In this document: positions 33,023 to 43,145 of the stretch, piece by piece
Position numbering within the stretch: the stretch's first letter is position 1
How the letters are laid out: the number at the start of each line of letters is the position of its first letter
NCBI GenBank assembly: GCA_963705165.1
Contig: CAVPJD010000012.1
Location: 32,001-96,000, forward strand
DNA length: 64,000 nt
Reading direction: 5' to 3'
DNA from: an uncultured delta proteobacterium
GTDB lineage: Bacteria; Desulfobacterota; Syntrophia; Syntrophales; UBA2192
Position numbers and translations under genes: made by a program
Notes under the pieces: model-generated
Database searches by the model: none
The model's input: the letters and a program-made list of their open reading frames with translations, nothing else
Told to the model about the DNA's origin: nothing

Positions 33023-33655
33023 TTATACGGACCTGAGCCCCCCGATGAAGACCTCGAGACCGCCCCGGACCTGGGTGCGGACCCGCTCTTCCCGCGTTTC
33101 CTCCCTGCCCGCGAAGAGGTGCAGGGCCATGATTCCGTTGAGAAGCCCCCACAGGGAATTGCGGCAGACCCGGACGTCGAGGGTCCGCGGGAATTCCCCG
33201 CGCTCGATGCCCATCTGCAGGATCTGCTCGAGGATGACGACGGTCTGGTTGGTGGATTTGACGATGTGGTCGTTGATCCTGGGGGTGAAGTTGACGGGGT
33301 GGTGCTGGATCATGAAGTTCATGAAGATCCGGAACAGCTCCCTGTCGCTGAGAAAAAATGCCGTGTAGACCTCGGCAAACTGGCGGAGGTTGTCGGAAGC
33401 GCTTTTCGATGTGTCCAGCAGGGATTCCACCCGGTCGTGGAACTTGTCGATGTCCCTGAGCAGGATCTGGGCGTAGATCTCCTCCTTGCTCTTGAAGTAG
33501 AGGTAGATCGCCCCCTTGCTCAACTCGGCGCACCGGGCGATGCTGTCCACGGTGACGGACCGGAACCCCTTGTCGAAGAATTCCCTCCTCGCCGCCCGCA
33601 GGATGGCGTTGCGCCGCTGCTCCTTCTCCCTCTCTCTCCTGCGCTCGGAACCCAA
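33023..33655 (-). CDS. TetR/AcrR transcriptional regulator
   Basis: ILRAARREF..KGF...TVDSIA..AELSKGAIYLYFKSKEEI; probable TTG start after GGGGAG. Confidence 0.92.
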   Translation of the reverse strand: MGSERRREREKEQRRNAILRAARREFFDKGFRSVTVDSIARCAELSKGAIYLYFKSKEEIYAQILLRDIDKFHDRVESLLDTSKSASDNLRQFAEVYTAFFLSDRELFRIFMNFMIQHHPVNFTPRINDHIVKSTNQTVVILEQILQMGIERGEFPRTLDVRVCRNSLWGLLNGIMALHLFAGREETREERVRTQVRGGLEVFIGGLRSV

Positions 33656-33701
33656 GGCCTCTCCCCCTGTCGTCCGCCCCGACCGGTCACCGGGTACGCA
33701 C

Positions 33702-33762
33702 ATGAATGATGGTCATTAACTGACCGATGGTCATCAATACACCTCCTTCCGGTCCCTGTCAA
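33702..33762 (-). promoter_or_regulatory. Sigma70 promoter with tandem TetR-like operators
   Basis: On - strand TTGACA-17 bp-TATTGA; palindrome TGACC-GAT-GGTCA (33721-33733) and degenerate copy TGAATGATGGTCA (33703-33715). Confidence 0.65.
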
Positions 33763-33954
33763 GGGTAAAATATGCTTTTTTTATTTTTCCCTGCGGGACT
33801 GCCCCCGCGAGCGCCACCAGGCCCGCAGGAAGGGGCAATCTTCCCTGTTGACTTCGCCCGCGGCCCTGTGTTACCAAACCAACGATATTGTGCTTATTCC
33901 ATCGATTCTTGCGCAAGTGCGACGAGCCGGTTTTCAAGAAAAGAGGAGGACACT

Positions 33955-34320
33955 GTGACCCTGAAAGAGGTGCAAGATATTCTGGAGGCCGAGGTCCTTG
34001 TCGGCCGCGACCAATTGCAAAAACCCGTGAGGACGGCCTTTGCCGCAGACCTCATGAGCGATGTGCTCGCCTTCGCCAAGCCGGACAGCCTCCTGCTCAC
34101 AGGACTCACGAACCCCCAGGTGGTCCGGACGGCCGATATCCTGGATATCACCGCGATTATCCTGGTGCGCGGAAAGAAGCCCTCGGAGGAGACCGTCAAG
34201 CTCGCCGAAGAGCTGAAGATCCCCATCCTCTCGACGAGGTACATCCTGTTTGAAACGTCGGGCCGACTGCACGCCAAGGGGATCAAGGGATGTATCGAGA
34301 AGGTCGGCGGCGAGATTTAG
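33955..34320 (+). CDS. DRTGG domain protein
   Basis: AADLMSDVLAF..LLLTGLTNPQVVRTA..VRGK; GAGGAGG RBS, GTG start. Confidence 0.85.
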   Translation: MTLKEVQDILEAEVLVGRDQLQKPVRTAFAADLMSDVLAFAKPDSLLLTGLTNPQVVRTADILDITAIILVRGKKPSEETVKLAEELKIPILSTRYILFETSGRLHAKGIKGCIEKVGGEI

Positions 34321-34322
34321 AG

Positions 34323-34793
34323 ATGCAGGGGTCCCTGAAATTCGAGAAATCCTTCGACGTGGAGGGCGGAAGCTTTCAGAACGCGGGCAACGTATCGGGC
34401 CAGATCAAGAGCGTCCTGAAAGACCTCGGCGTCCCGAAGGACATCGTGCGGAAGGTCGCCATCATCTGCTACGAATCCGAGATCAACATCGTCTCCTATG
34501 CCAAGAAGGGGACGATCACCCTGGCCGTGACCGACGATGCCGTGAAAATAGAGACCAAGGATGAAGGGCCCGGCATCCCGGATATCGACCTGGCCATGAA
34601 GGAGGGGTACTCCACGGCCACGGCTGCCGTCCGGGAGATGGGGTTCGGCGCCGGCATGGGGCTGGCGAACATGAAGAAATACTCCGACCAACTCATCATC
34701 ACCTCCGAGGTGGGTGTCGGGACGTGCGTGACGATGACGGTGATGAATGTCCAGAAACTCCTTCACCCCGATCTGCCTCCCATCAACCTATAG
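34323..34793 (+). CDS. Anti-sigma-type Ser/Thr kinase (HATPase, RsbT-like)
   Basis: YESEIN, DEGPGIPDI..AMKEGYST, GFGAGMGL.NM. Confidence 0.88.
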   Translation: MQGSLKFEKSFDVEGGSFQNAGNVSGQIKSVLKDLGVPKDIVRKVAIICYESEINIVSYAKKGTITLAVTDDAVKIETKDEGPGIPDIDLAMKEGYSTATAAVREMGFGAGMGLANMKKYSDQLIITSEVGVGTCVTMTVMNVQKLLHPDLPPINL

Positions 34794-34831
34794 GTCCGCG
34801 CGGCGGGCCCGCATGACTGAAACAGGAAGGA

Positions 34832-35173
34832 ATGCACATGGAGCTCGAAACGCTCGTTCGTGAATTGAACCTCACGGTCTCCTGCGCCGCGGGAAGCCTC
34901 AAGCGGGAAGTCAAGGGGGGATACGTCGGGGACCTGCTCAGCGACGTCATGGCCAACAGCAAGGAAGGCGACATCTGGATCACCCGCCAGGTGCACCAGA
35001 ACATCGTGGCCGTGGCAAGCCTCAAGGACCTCGCCGGGATCATCCTGATCCAGGGAAGCGAGCCCGCCCACGATACGGCCGCCAAGGCCAATACCGAGGG
35101 CATCCCGATCCTCGTCACGGACCTGCCGGCCTTTGAGATCGTCGGCCAAATATATAAATTGATCAAGCCTTGA
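34832..35173 (+). CDS. DRTGG domain protein
   Basis: GGYVGDLLSDVM..WIT.Q.H.NIVAVASL. Confidence 0.85.
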   Translation: MHMELETLVRELNLTVSCAAGSLKREVKGGYVGDLLSDVMANSKEGDIWITRQVHQNIVAVASLKDLAGIILIQGSEPAHDTAAKANTEGIPILVTDLPAFEIVGQIYKLIKP

Positions 35174-35182
35174 ATTTGTAGT

Positions 35183-35217
35183 AAAGGAACGGGCCGGAAA
35201 GGGACGTTCCTTTTTTT
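35183..35217 (+). terminator. Rho-independent terminator inside the regulatory cassette
   Basis: GGAACG...CGTTCC stem followed by T7. Confidence 0.55.
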
Positions 35218-35293
35218 GCGGGTCTCTCCATGGAGGCCCGCGGCAGCCCGTAACCGGGGGGGGAGCGGGAACAGCCCGCAAGGGGTTCCGCTG

Positions 35294-36031
35294 ATGATCA
35301 GGGAGTTCCGCTGTGATTTACACGTCCACACCTGTCTTTCGCCTTGTGCCGACCTCGACATGTACCCTCGTGCCGTTGTCGCCATGTCCCTTGCCCGCCG
35401 GCTCGACATCATCGCCATCTGCGACCACAACGCATCCGAAAATGTGCCCTATGTCATCAAGGCCGCAGAAAGGACGGGGCTCACCGTCTTTCCCGGCATG
35501 GAGATCATGAGCAGTGAAGAGGTGCACGTTCTCGCGCTCTTTGACAAGCCAGAACATCTAAACCCCTTGCAGGACCTCGTCTACCGGCACCTGCCCGGGA
35601 AAAACAACGAGGAGCTCTTCGGCTGCCAGGCCATCGTCAATGAACATGACGAGGTGGAGGGGCTGAGCGAGAGGTTCCTTATCGGGGCAACGACACTTCC
35701 CCTGCAGCGGATCGTCAGCGAGATCCACGGCCTCGGCGGGCTCGCCATCGCCGCCCACATCGACCGGGAAAGCTTCGGTGTCCTTGGGCAGCTCGGGTTT
35801 ATCCCCGACGGTCTTGCCCTGGATGCCCTCGAGATCTCCCGCCGGACGGGAATCGTCGAAGCGCGGCGGCGCTACCCTGAGCTGGCGCGATTCCCGATGG
35901 TCGAGTCCTCCGATTCCCACATCATCACCGACATCGGAAAGGGGATCACGCGGGCTCTCATGGAGGAGGCCACAACCTCAGAACTTCGGATGGCCTTCGA
36001 AAAGACAGGCGACCGCTGCATCCTGGAGTGA
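35294..36031 (+). CDS. PHP-domain phosphoesterase
   Basis: DLHVHTCLSPC, ICDHN, EEVH, AHIDR, SSDSH. Confidence 0.9.
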   Translation: MIREFRCDLHVHTCLSPCADLDMYPRAVVAMSLARRLDIIAICDHNASENVPYVIKAAERTGLTVFPGMEIMSSEEVHVLALFDKPEHLNPLQDLVYRHLPGKNNEELFGCQAIVNEHDEVEGLSERFLIGATTLPLQRIVSEIHGLGGLAIAAHIDRESFGVLGQLGFIPDGLALDALEISRRTGIVEARRRYPELARFPMVESSDSHIITDIGKGITRALMEEATTSELRMAFEKTGDRCILE

Positions 36032-36035
36032 GAGA

Positions 36036-36584
36036 GTGCTCGAGCTGGCGCTTCACATCCTGGACATCGTCGAGAACTCCGTCCGCGCCGGGGCGACGCG
36101 GATTCGCATCGCGATCCGGGAAATCACGGCGGAGGACCTCTTCCTGATGCGGATCACGGACAACGGAAAGGGGATGACCCCGGAAGAGTGCGAGAGGGCC
36201 CTGGACCCCTTCTTCACGACAAAGAAAGTCCGGCGGGTAGGCCTGGGGCTCCCGATGCTCTCCGATGCGGCGTCAAGAACGGGCGGGCAGATGACCCTGC
36301 GATCGAAGCCGCAAACGGGGACGGTGGTCACGGCGGTGTTCGGCCTGAGCCACATCGACCGGCAGCCCATGGGAGATATCGCGTCCACGCTGATCGCGAT
36401 CATCGCGGGAAACCCCGGAAGCGACTTGATCTACCGACACGAGGTGGACGGCAGGACCTACCTGCTGGACACGAGAGAGTTAAAAAAAGAATTGGAGGAT
36501 GTTCCGCTGAGTCACCCCGAAGTCACTCGCTTTCTCCGTGAGCACATCACGGAGGGCTTGAGCGCCATCGGGGCGATGGCGTGA
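36036..36584 (+). CDS. Stand-alone histidine-kinase-like ATPase
   Basis: LHILDIVENS..AGA, DNGKGM, DPFFTT..RRVGLGLP, HIDRQPMGD. Confidence 0.88.
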   Translation: MLELALHILDIVENSVRAGATRIRIAIREITAEDLFLMRITDNGKGMTPEECERALDPFFTTKKVRRVGLGLPMLSDAASRTGGQMTLRSKPQTGTVVTAVFGLSHIDRQPMGDIASTLIAIIAGNPGSDLIYRHEVDGRTYLLDTRELKKELEDVPLSHPEVTRFLREHITEGLSAIGAMA

Positions 36585-36612
36585 CACCTCCCAGAGAGAG
36601 GAGACAGGTTTC

Positions 36613-37107
36613 ATGAAGAACGGCAACAGCGATTTGCTCAAAGAGTTCACCGCCGAGCAGGTGGCAAAGCTGGACGGGATCATCGCCCGCTTCAAGGGAA
36701 AGCCCGGCGGTCTCATCCCCGTCCTGGAGGAGGCCCAGGTCATCCTTGAGTACCTCCCCATCCCGATCCAGAAGAGGATCGCCGCAGGCCTGAACCTGCC
36801 GCTGGCACAGGTCTACGGGGTCGTCACCTTCTACTCATTGTTCACCATGAAGCCGCGCGGGCGCCACACGGTACGGGTCTGCCTCGGGACGGCCTGCTAC
36901 GTCCGCGGCGGCAAGGCCATCGCGGAGAATATCGCGAGAGCGTACAACGTCGAGGAGGGGGAGACGACGGCAGACCGGCGCTTCACCTACGAGACGATCC
37001 GCTGTCTCGGCGCCTGCGGTCTGGCCCCGGTCATCGTGGTGGATGAAAATGTCCACGGCCGGGTGAAGACGCAGAAGATGAAATCGGTTCTGGATGACTA
37101 CCAATAA
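36613..37107 (+). CDS. NuoE/HydC-like [2Fe-2S] subunit
   Basis: VYGVVTFY, VCLGTACYVRG, RCLGACGLAP. Confidence 0.93.
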   Translation: MKNGNSDLLKEFTAEQVAKLDGIIARFKGKPGGLIPVLEEAQVILEYLPIPIQKRIAAGLNLPLAQVYGVVTFYSLFTMKPRGRHTVRVCLGTACYVRGGKAIAENIARAYNVEEGETTADRRFTYETIRCLGACGLAPVIVVDENVHGRVKTQKMKSVLDDYQ

Positions 37108-37215
37108 CGGGTACCGGGTACAGGGTATAGGGTACAGGGTAAGAACAAAAAATCGGATCATCCTGACCTTTCATCCCGCACCTGCCGCCCCGAGCCTTGA
37201 AATGAGGTAAGCACG

Positions 37216-37599
37216 ATGTCGAAATTGAAGATTGAAGATCTCAAGAAGATCAAGGAGAAGGTCCACGCCCAGACGGCCCTGCGCGAGGGCGGGCAGCGGG
37301 GCAAGGTGACCGTACACATGGGAACCTGCGGCATCGCCTCGGGCGCCCGCGAGGTGCTCAATGCCCTCATGCGCACAATCGAGGAGGCCGGCGTGTCGGA
37401 CGTCAACGTCACCACGTCGGGATGCATGGGACTGTGCAGCCGCGAGCCCCTCGTCACCGTCGAGCTTCTCGGCAAGGAACCCATCAAATACGAGAAGATG
37501 GACGAAAAGAAAATGCGACAGGTGTTCAAGCGACACGTAATGGAAGGAGAGATCCAGACGCCCTTCGTGCTTGCGAAGGGGGCTGAGATCGTTCGTTAG
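37216..37599 (+). CDS. Thioredoxin-like ferredoxin subunit (HydD/HndB-like)
   Basis: VHMGTCGIASGA, GCMGLCSREP. Confidence 0.88.
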   Translation: MSKLKIEDLKKIKEKVHAQTALREGGQRGKVTVHMGTCGIASGAREVLNALMRTIEEAGVSDVNVTTSGCMGLCSREPLVTVELLGKEPIKYEKMDEKKMRQVFKRHVMEGEIQTPFVLAKGAEIVR

Positions 37600-37656
37600 G
37601 GGTGAGGGAACAACCATTCCCTGCCGGGGAAATTTTCCAGGGGAGGATCAAATTCA

Positions 37657-40600
37657 ATGAAAGTATTTCGATCGCATTTACTGGTCTGTGGGGGGACAGG
37701 CTGTCACGCATCCGGTAGCATCGCGGTCAAGAAAGCCCTCGTTGACGAACTCAACAATAGGGGCCTTGCCGAAGAGATCAAGGTCGTCGAGACAGGATGC
37801 AACGGCTTCTGCGCCCAGGGGCCCATGATGGTCGTCTACCCCGAAGGCATCATCTATATGAACATTCAGACGGCCGACGTGCCCGTGCTCGTGGAAGAGC
37901 ACTTCGTCAAGGGGCGTCCCGTCGAGAGGCTGTTCTACAGGGAGCCGGGCAAAGAGGATCGGATCCCCTCCATGCAGGAGATCCCCTTCTTCGCCCTGCA
38001 GGACCTCCGGGTTCTGCGCAACCGCGGTCTCATCGACCCCGAGAACATCGAGGAATACATCGCCCGGGACGGCTACGCCGGCATGGCCAGGGCCCTCACC
38101 GAGATGACCCCCGAGCAGATCGTGCAGGAAGTCCTCAAGTCGGGCCTTCGCGGTCGCGGCGGCGCAGGGTTCCCGACGGGCCTCAAGTGGCAGTTCGCCC
38201 AGCGCTCGCCCGGGGATGTGAAGTACGTGCTCTGCAACGCCGACGAGGGCGACCCCGGGGCCTTCATGGACCGCAGTGTCCTCGAAGCGGACCCGCACGC
38301 GGTACTCGAGGGCATGGTGATCGCCGCCAAGGCGATCGGCTCGGGCCACGGCTACATCTACTGCCGCGCCGAGTACCCGCTGGCAATCCACCGCCTCAAC
38401 GTGGCCCTCGGACAGGCCCGCGAGATGGGCCTGCTGGGCAAGGACATCCTGGGGACGGGCTTCGACTTCGACATCGAGATCTACCAGGGCGCAGGCGCCT
38501 TCGTCTGCGGCGAGGAGACGGCGCTGATGACCTCCATCGAGGGCAAGCGCGGCATGCCGCGGCCCCGGCCTCCCTTCCCCGCCGTGGCGGGCCTCTGGGC
38601 CAAGCCCAGCGTGCTCAACAACGTGGAAACGCTCGCCAACATCGGCCAGATCATCCTGCGCGGCGGCGAGTGGTATGCCAGTGTGGGCACCGAGCGATCC
38701 AAGGGCACGAAGGTCTTCGCGCTCACGGGCGACGTGAACAACGTGGGCCTCGTGGAAGTGCCCATGGGGACAACCCTCGGGGCGATCGTCTTCGACATCG
38801 GCGGCGGCATCCCCGGCGGCAAGAAGTTCAAGGCCGCCCAGCTTGGCGGGCCCTCGGGCGGCTGTATTCCCGTCCAGCACCTCAACGCCTCCGTCGACTA
38901 CGAAAAGGTCGCCGAGCTGGGCGCCATCATGGGCTCCGGCGGCCTCATCGTCATGAACGAGGACAAGTGCGCCGTCGACATGGCGCGCTTCTTCATGGAC
39001 TTCTGCCAGGACGAGTCCTGCGGCAAGTGCAACCCCTGCCGCGAGGGCACGAAGCGCATGCTCGAAATCCTGACCAACATCTGCACGGGCAAGGGGAAGG
39101 AAAGCGACCTCGACCTGCTGGAGTCGATGGCCTCCGTCATCAAGGACGCCTCACTGTGCGGCCTCGGCCAGACGGCCCCGAACCCGGTGCTGTCGACCAT
39201 CCGCTATTTCCGCGATGAATACATGGAGCACATCCGCGACAAGAAGTGCCGCGCCGCCGTCTGCTCGGCCCTTTTCAAGTCGCCCTGCCAGCACACCTGC
39301 CCCATCGGGATGGACATCCCGGCCTACACGGCGCTCATCCGCGACGATCGCCTGACGGACGCCTACAAGGTGCTGCTGAAGACCAACCCCTTCCCGTCGG
39401 CCTGCGGCCGGGTCTGCGACCACCAGTGCATGTCCAAGTGCCGCCGCGGCCTGCTGGACGAGCCGGTCTCCATCAAGTTCCTGAAGCGCTACATCACCGA
39501 CCAGGCGCCGAGACCCGAGATCAAGCCCGTCCCGGTCACCCGCAAGGAGAAGATCGCCGTGATCGGCGCGGGTCCCGCAGGACTCACCTGCGCGAGGGAT
39601 CTCGCGCTTCGCGGCTACCGCGTCACGGTATTCGAGGAGCTTCCCACACCGGGCGGCATGCTCAGCTGGGGCATCCCCTCGTACCGGCTGCCGCGGGAGA
39701 TCCTCGGCAAGGAAATCGACGACATCCGCAAGCTCGGCGTCGAGATCAAGTGCGGGGTCCGGGTGGGGCGTGACATCCCCTGGGATGCCGTGAACAAGGA
39801 CTTTGACATCGTCTACCTCGCGCCGGGCGCCCACAAGAGCCAGCGGATGGGCGTCGAGGGCGAGGACCTCAAGGGCGTCTGGGGTGGAGTCGAGTTCCTG
39901 CGTGACTTCAACGGCGACGAGGAAGGCTGGAAGAGCGGCAAGAAATCGCTCGGCTCCAGGGTTGCCGTCATCGGCGGCGGAAACTCCGCCATCGACGCGG
40001 CCCGCACGGCGCTCAGGCTCGGGGCCGAGGTGACCATCCTCTACCGGCGCCTTCGCGAGGACATGCCCGCCGCCGAGGAGGAGATCGTGGCGGCCGAGCA
40101 CGAAGGGATCAAGATCGAGTACCTCATCGCTCCGCTTCGCATCATCGGATCGGGCGGGCGGGTTACGGGGATCGAGTGCCTGCGGCAAAAACTCGGCGAC
40201 TTCGACTCGAGCGGGCGCAAACGGCCCGTGGCCATCAAGGGCTCCGAGTTCACCCTCGCCGTGGATACCATCATCGCCGCCATCGGCCAGGCCCCGGATC
40301 TGACCTTCGTGCCGAAGGAAAGCGGGGTTGCCGTCAACAAGTGGTCCTGCTTCGACGTGGCCACCAACGGCTTCCGAACCGGGACGACGAACCCGAAGTT
40401 CTTCGCCGGCGGCGACGCCGTCACGGGGCCCAGCACGGTCATCAAGGCCATCGCAGCGGGTCACGAGGCGGCCGACGACATCGACGCCTCGATCCGGAAG
40501 CGCAACGGCGAGCCTGCCTGGGTAGCCCCTCCCGAGGAGGAGATCCACATCCCCTTCGTCATCGACGAGGATACGGAGGAGTGCCCCATGGCCCACATGC

Positions 40601-40716
40601 CGGAGCTGGAGGCCTCCCTGAGGAAGGCGAATTTCCAGGAAGTCGAGCTCGGCTACGCCAGGGATCTCGCCGTAAAGGAGTCGATCCGCTGCCTGCGCTG
40701 CGATGTGGAGCTGTAA
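37657..40716 (+). CDS. NuoF/HydB-like flavoprotein fused to a GltD/NfnB-like FAD/NAD(P)H domain
   Basis: N-terminal [2Fe-2S], GRGGAGFPTG, NADEGDPGAFMDR, GGPSGG, SCGKCNPCREG; then PCQHTCP, CGRVC..CMSKC, GAGPAG, GGGNSA..YRR, C-terminal RCLRC. Confidence 0.92.
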   Translation: MKVFRSHLLVCGGTGCHASGSIAVKKALVDELNNRGLAEEIKVVETGCNGFCAQGPMMVVYPEGIIYMNIQTADVPVLVEEHFVKGRPVERLFYREPGKEDRIPSMQEIPFFALQDLRVLRNRGLIDPENIEEYIARDGYAGMARALTEMTPEQIVQEVLKSGLRGRGGAGFPTGLKWQFAQRSPGDVKYVLCNADEGDPGAFMDRSVLEADPHAVLEGMVIAAKAIGSGHGYIYCRAEYPLAIHRLNVALGQAREMGLLGKDILGTGFDFDIEIYQGAGAFVCGEETALMTSIEGKRGMPRPRPPFPAVAGLWAKPSVLNNVETLANIGQIILRGGEWYASVGTERSKGTKVFALTGDVNNVGLVEVPMGTTLGAIVFDIGGGIPGGKKFKAAQLGGPSGGCIPVQHLNASVDYEKVAELGAIMGSGGLIVMNEDKCAVDMARFFMDFCQDESCGKCNPCREGTKRMLEILTNICTGKGKESDLDLLESMASVIKDASLCGLGQTAPNPVLSTIRYFRDEYMEHIRDKKCRAAVCSALFKSPCQHTCPIGMDIPAYTALIRDDRLTDAYKVLLKTNPFPSACGRVCDHQCMSKCRRGLLDEPVSIKFLKRYITDQAPRPEIKPVPVTRKEKIAVIGAGPAGLTCARDLALRGYRVTVFEELPTPGGMLSWGIPSYRLPREILGKEIDDIRKLGVEIKCGVRVGRDIPWDAVNKDFDIVYLAPGAHKSQRMGVEGEDLKGVWGGVEFLRDFNGDEEGWKSGKKSLGSRVAVIGGGNSAIDAARTALRLGAEVTILYRRLREDMPAAEEEIVAAEHEGIKIEYLIAPLRIIGSGGRVTGIECLRQKLGDFDSSGRKRPVAIKGSEFTLAVDTIIAAIGQAPDLTFVPKESGVAVNKWSCFDVATNGFRTGTTNPKFFAGGDAVTGPSTVIKAIAAGHEAADDIDASIRKRNGEPAWVAPPEEEIHIPFVIDEDTEECPMAHMPELEASLRKANFQEVELGYARDLAVKESIRCLRCDVEL

Positions 40717-40788
40717 ATGAAACGGCAACACCGGCGGCACGGGCCGCCGGTGCCCCCGCGTAACGGTTGAGAAAAGGAGAAGCGAGAG

Positions 40789-42573
40789 ATGGCTAGAATA
40801 CGAGTTATCATAAACGGCCGAGAGGTCCTTGCGCAGCTGGGCGTTACGATTCTCGAGGCCGCCATCCAGGCGGGCATCGACATCCCGACGCTCTGTCACC
40901 ATCGCGCGTTGATGCCGATCGGGGCCTGCCGGATATGCGTCGTCGAAGTCAAAGGACAGCGGAACCTCCAAGCGGCCTGCGCGTTCCCGATTTCAGAAGG
41001 CATGGAAATCGAGACGGAGTCCCCGCGGGTGGTGTCCGCCCGCAAGCTCATCCTCGACATGCTGTTTTCCGAGCGGAATCACTACTGTCCGTTCTGCGAG
41101 ATCAGCGGTGACTGCGAACTGCAGAATCTCGGGTATCGCTACGGGATCGACCACTGGATTTATCCGACCTACACGAAGGCATTCCCTGTGGATGCCACGC
41201 GCAAGTACTTCGTCATGGAACAGAACCGCTGCGTTCTCTGCCAGCGTTGCGCACGGGCCTGTGGCGAGCTGGTGGCCAACCACACCCTGGGGCTGCGTGA
41301 TCGCGGCGCCGAGTCGATGATCCACGCCGATGCCAATGTGCCCTTCGGCGAGTCGACCTGCATTTCCTGCGGCACCTGCATGCAGGTCTGCCCCACGGGT
41401 TCGCTCGTCGACCGCAGGAGCTCCTTCATGGGCCGCGGCGACCAGACGGAGCGCGTCAAGAGCGTCTGCAACCGATGCAGCGTCGGCTGCGGAACGACGA
41501 TCGTGACGCGGGGCGGCAACGTCCTTCGCATCGAGGGCGACTGGGACGCAACGGTCAACCGCGGGCTTCTCTGCAAAAGAGGCCGCTTCGACCCGCTCTA
41601 CGACGAGCGAACGCGAATCACCCAGCCCATGCTGCGCCGGAAGGGAAGACTCGAGCCGGCAAGCTGGAACGACGCGATCAAGGCCATCGCCAAGCGAATC
41701 GACGATACCGAGGCCAAGGAGATCGGGTTGCTGGTGTCGGGCGATGCGACCAACGAGGCGCTGTACCTCGCCGGCCGCCTGTTTCTGAAGGAACTGCGCT
41801 CCAAGAATATAGGCCTGCTCTCCGGCGCCGCTCCCGAATGGATCGGCAAGAAACCGGGCACCTTCGAAGACCTCATCGGCAGCAACATGATCCTCCTGGT
41901 CGGCGCAAACCCCGCGCAGGATCAGCCCGTTGCATCGTTCAGGATCAAGCGGCTCGTCGACAAGGGGATGCGGCTGGTCGTAGTCGACGACGGGGAAAAC
42001 GGGCTTGCCCCCTTTGCCGAAACGACCCTGAAGCTTGCGGACATCGGCAAGGCCATCGAGATCGCCGACGCCGTCGAGAACGTGACCGTACTCTACGGGA
42101 CAGGCCTCACCGAGAAGGCGGCCAAGTCCCTGAAGAAACTCGGGAAGAAATCCCGCTTCGTAGCCCTTGAGCCCGGCGTCAACACGCGGGCCGCCCTGTC
42201 ATTCGGAATGCACAACGGCTTCAAGGCATCCGCCGCCAAGGTGCTCTATGTCCTTCTGGGCGAGCAGGACTGGGACGGGGGCGATCTCCTGAAAAAGGCC
42301 GGCGAAGACGCCTTCATCGTTGTGCAGGCCAGCTACTCCTCGCCGATCATCGACAGGGCCGACGTGGTGCTCCCGGCGGCCATCGGGTCGGAGCGGACCG
42401 GCTCCCTGACCAACACGGAGGGCTCCATACGGACGGCCTACCGGGCCGTAGAGCCCGAAGGGGAAGCCAAGCCGGACTGGGAAATCCTTTCTCTGCTGGC
42501 CGACAAACTGGGGAAAAACCTCGGCGCATCCTTCGATGAGATATCGGCCCGCGCCGCCAAGGAATTGAAGTGA
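40789..42573 (+). CDS. NuoG-like multi-FeS subunit (HydA of NiFe-HydABCSL type; no H-cluster)
   Basis: IPTLC..GACRICVVE..AAC, HYCPFC.....C, CVLCQRC..AC, CISCGTC...CP, CNRCSVGC..LC, shortened molybdopterin-oxidoreductase fold. Confidence 0.88.
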   Translation: MARIRVIINGREVLAQLGVTILEAAIQAGIDIPTLCHHRALMPIGACRICVVEVKGQRNLQAACAFPISEGMEIETESPRVVSARKLILDMLFSERNHYCPFCEISGDCELQNLGYRYGIDHWIYPTYTKAFPVDATRKYFVMEQNRCVLCQRCARACGELVANHTLGLRDRGAESMIHADANVPFGESTCISCGTCMQVCPTGSLVDRRSSFMGRGDQTERVKSVCNRCSVGCGTTIVTRGGNVLRIEGDWDATVNRGLLCKRGRFDPLYDERTRITQPMLRRKGRLEPASWNDAIKAIAKRIDDTEAKEIGLLVSGDATNEALYLAGRLFLKELRSKNIGLLSGAAPEWIGKKPGTFEDLIGSNMILLVGANPAQDQPVASFRIKRLVDKGMRLVVVDDGENGLAPFAETTLKLADIGKAIEIADAVENVTVLYGTGLTEKAAKSLKKLGKKSRFVALEPGVNTRAALSFGMHNGFKASAAKVLYVLLGEQDWDGGDLLKKAGEDAFIVVQASYSSPIIDRADVVLPAAIGSERTGSLTNTEGSIRTAYRAVEPEGEAKPDWEILSLLADKLGKNLGASFDEISARAAKELK

Positions 42574-42587
42574 AAGGAGACTCATCC

Positions 42588-43133
42588 ATGTCAAAAATCA
42601 AGATCGCCACGGACTGGCTGGCCGGATGCGCCGGATGCCACATGTCCCTTCTGGACATCGACGAACGCATCCTCCCGCTGCTGGAGCTGGTTGAATTCAC
42701 ATCGAGCCCGGTTACGGACCTGAAGCACCCGCCGAAGGAAGGCGTGACCGTGGGTATCCTCGAGGGCGCCATCTGCAATTCCCACAATGTGGAAGTCGCC
42801 AAGCAGATGCGCGAGCGCTGCCAGATCCTGATTGCCATCGGCGACTGCGCCACCTTCGGCGGTGTGCCGGCCATGCGAAATCTCTGCGGCACGAAGGAGG
42901 CGCTGAAGCGCGCGTACCTGGAGGCGGAAAGCAACGTGGGCGGCCTCATCCCGGACTCCCCGGAGCTCGGCACGCCCCTGGACGAGGTCGTCGGCATCGA
43001 CAAGGTGGTGAAGGTCGACCTGTTCATCCCCGGGTGCCCCCCGAGCGCCGACGCGCTCTTCTATGCGCTCTCGGAGCTGCTCGCAGGGCGCACACCCATC
43101 GTGTTGCCGCCCCAATACTTCAAGTACGACTAG
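42588..43133 (+). CDS. hoxY: Group 3 [NiFe]-hydrogenase small subunit (single cluster)
   Basis: LAGCAGCHMS, GDCA..GG, IPGCPP; 181 aa. Confidence 0.9.
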   Translation: MSKIKIATDWLAGCAGCHMSLLDIDERILPLLELVEFTSSPVTDLKHPPKEGVTVGILEGAICNSHNVEVAKQMRERCQILIAIGDCATFGGVPAMRNLCGTKEALKRAYLEAESNVGGLIPDSPELGTPLDEVVGIDKVVKVDLFIPGCPPSADALFYALSELLAGRTPIVLPPQYFKYD

Positions 43134-43145
43134 AGGAGGACAGCC

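Noticed and set aside
33890..33930. Rex operator upstream of the hydrogenase cluster
   Set aside because: Only a weak resemblance to TTGTGAA-N4-TTCACAA
40789..42573. Formate dehydrogenase alpha or [FeFe] HydA call
   Set aside because: The molybdopterin-like region is shortened with no recognisable catalytic Cys/Sec-His motif, and there are no H-cluster motifs
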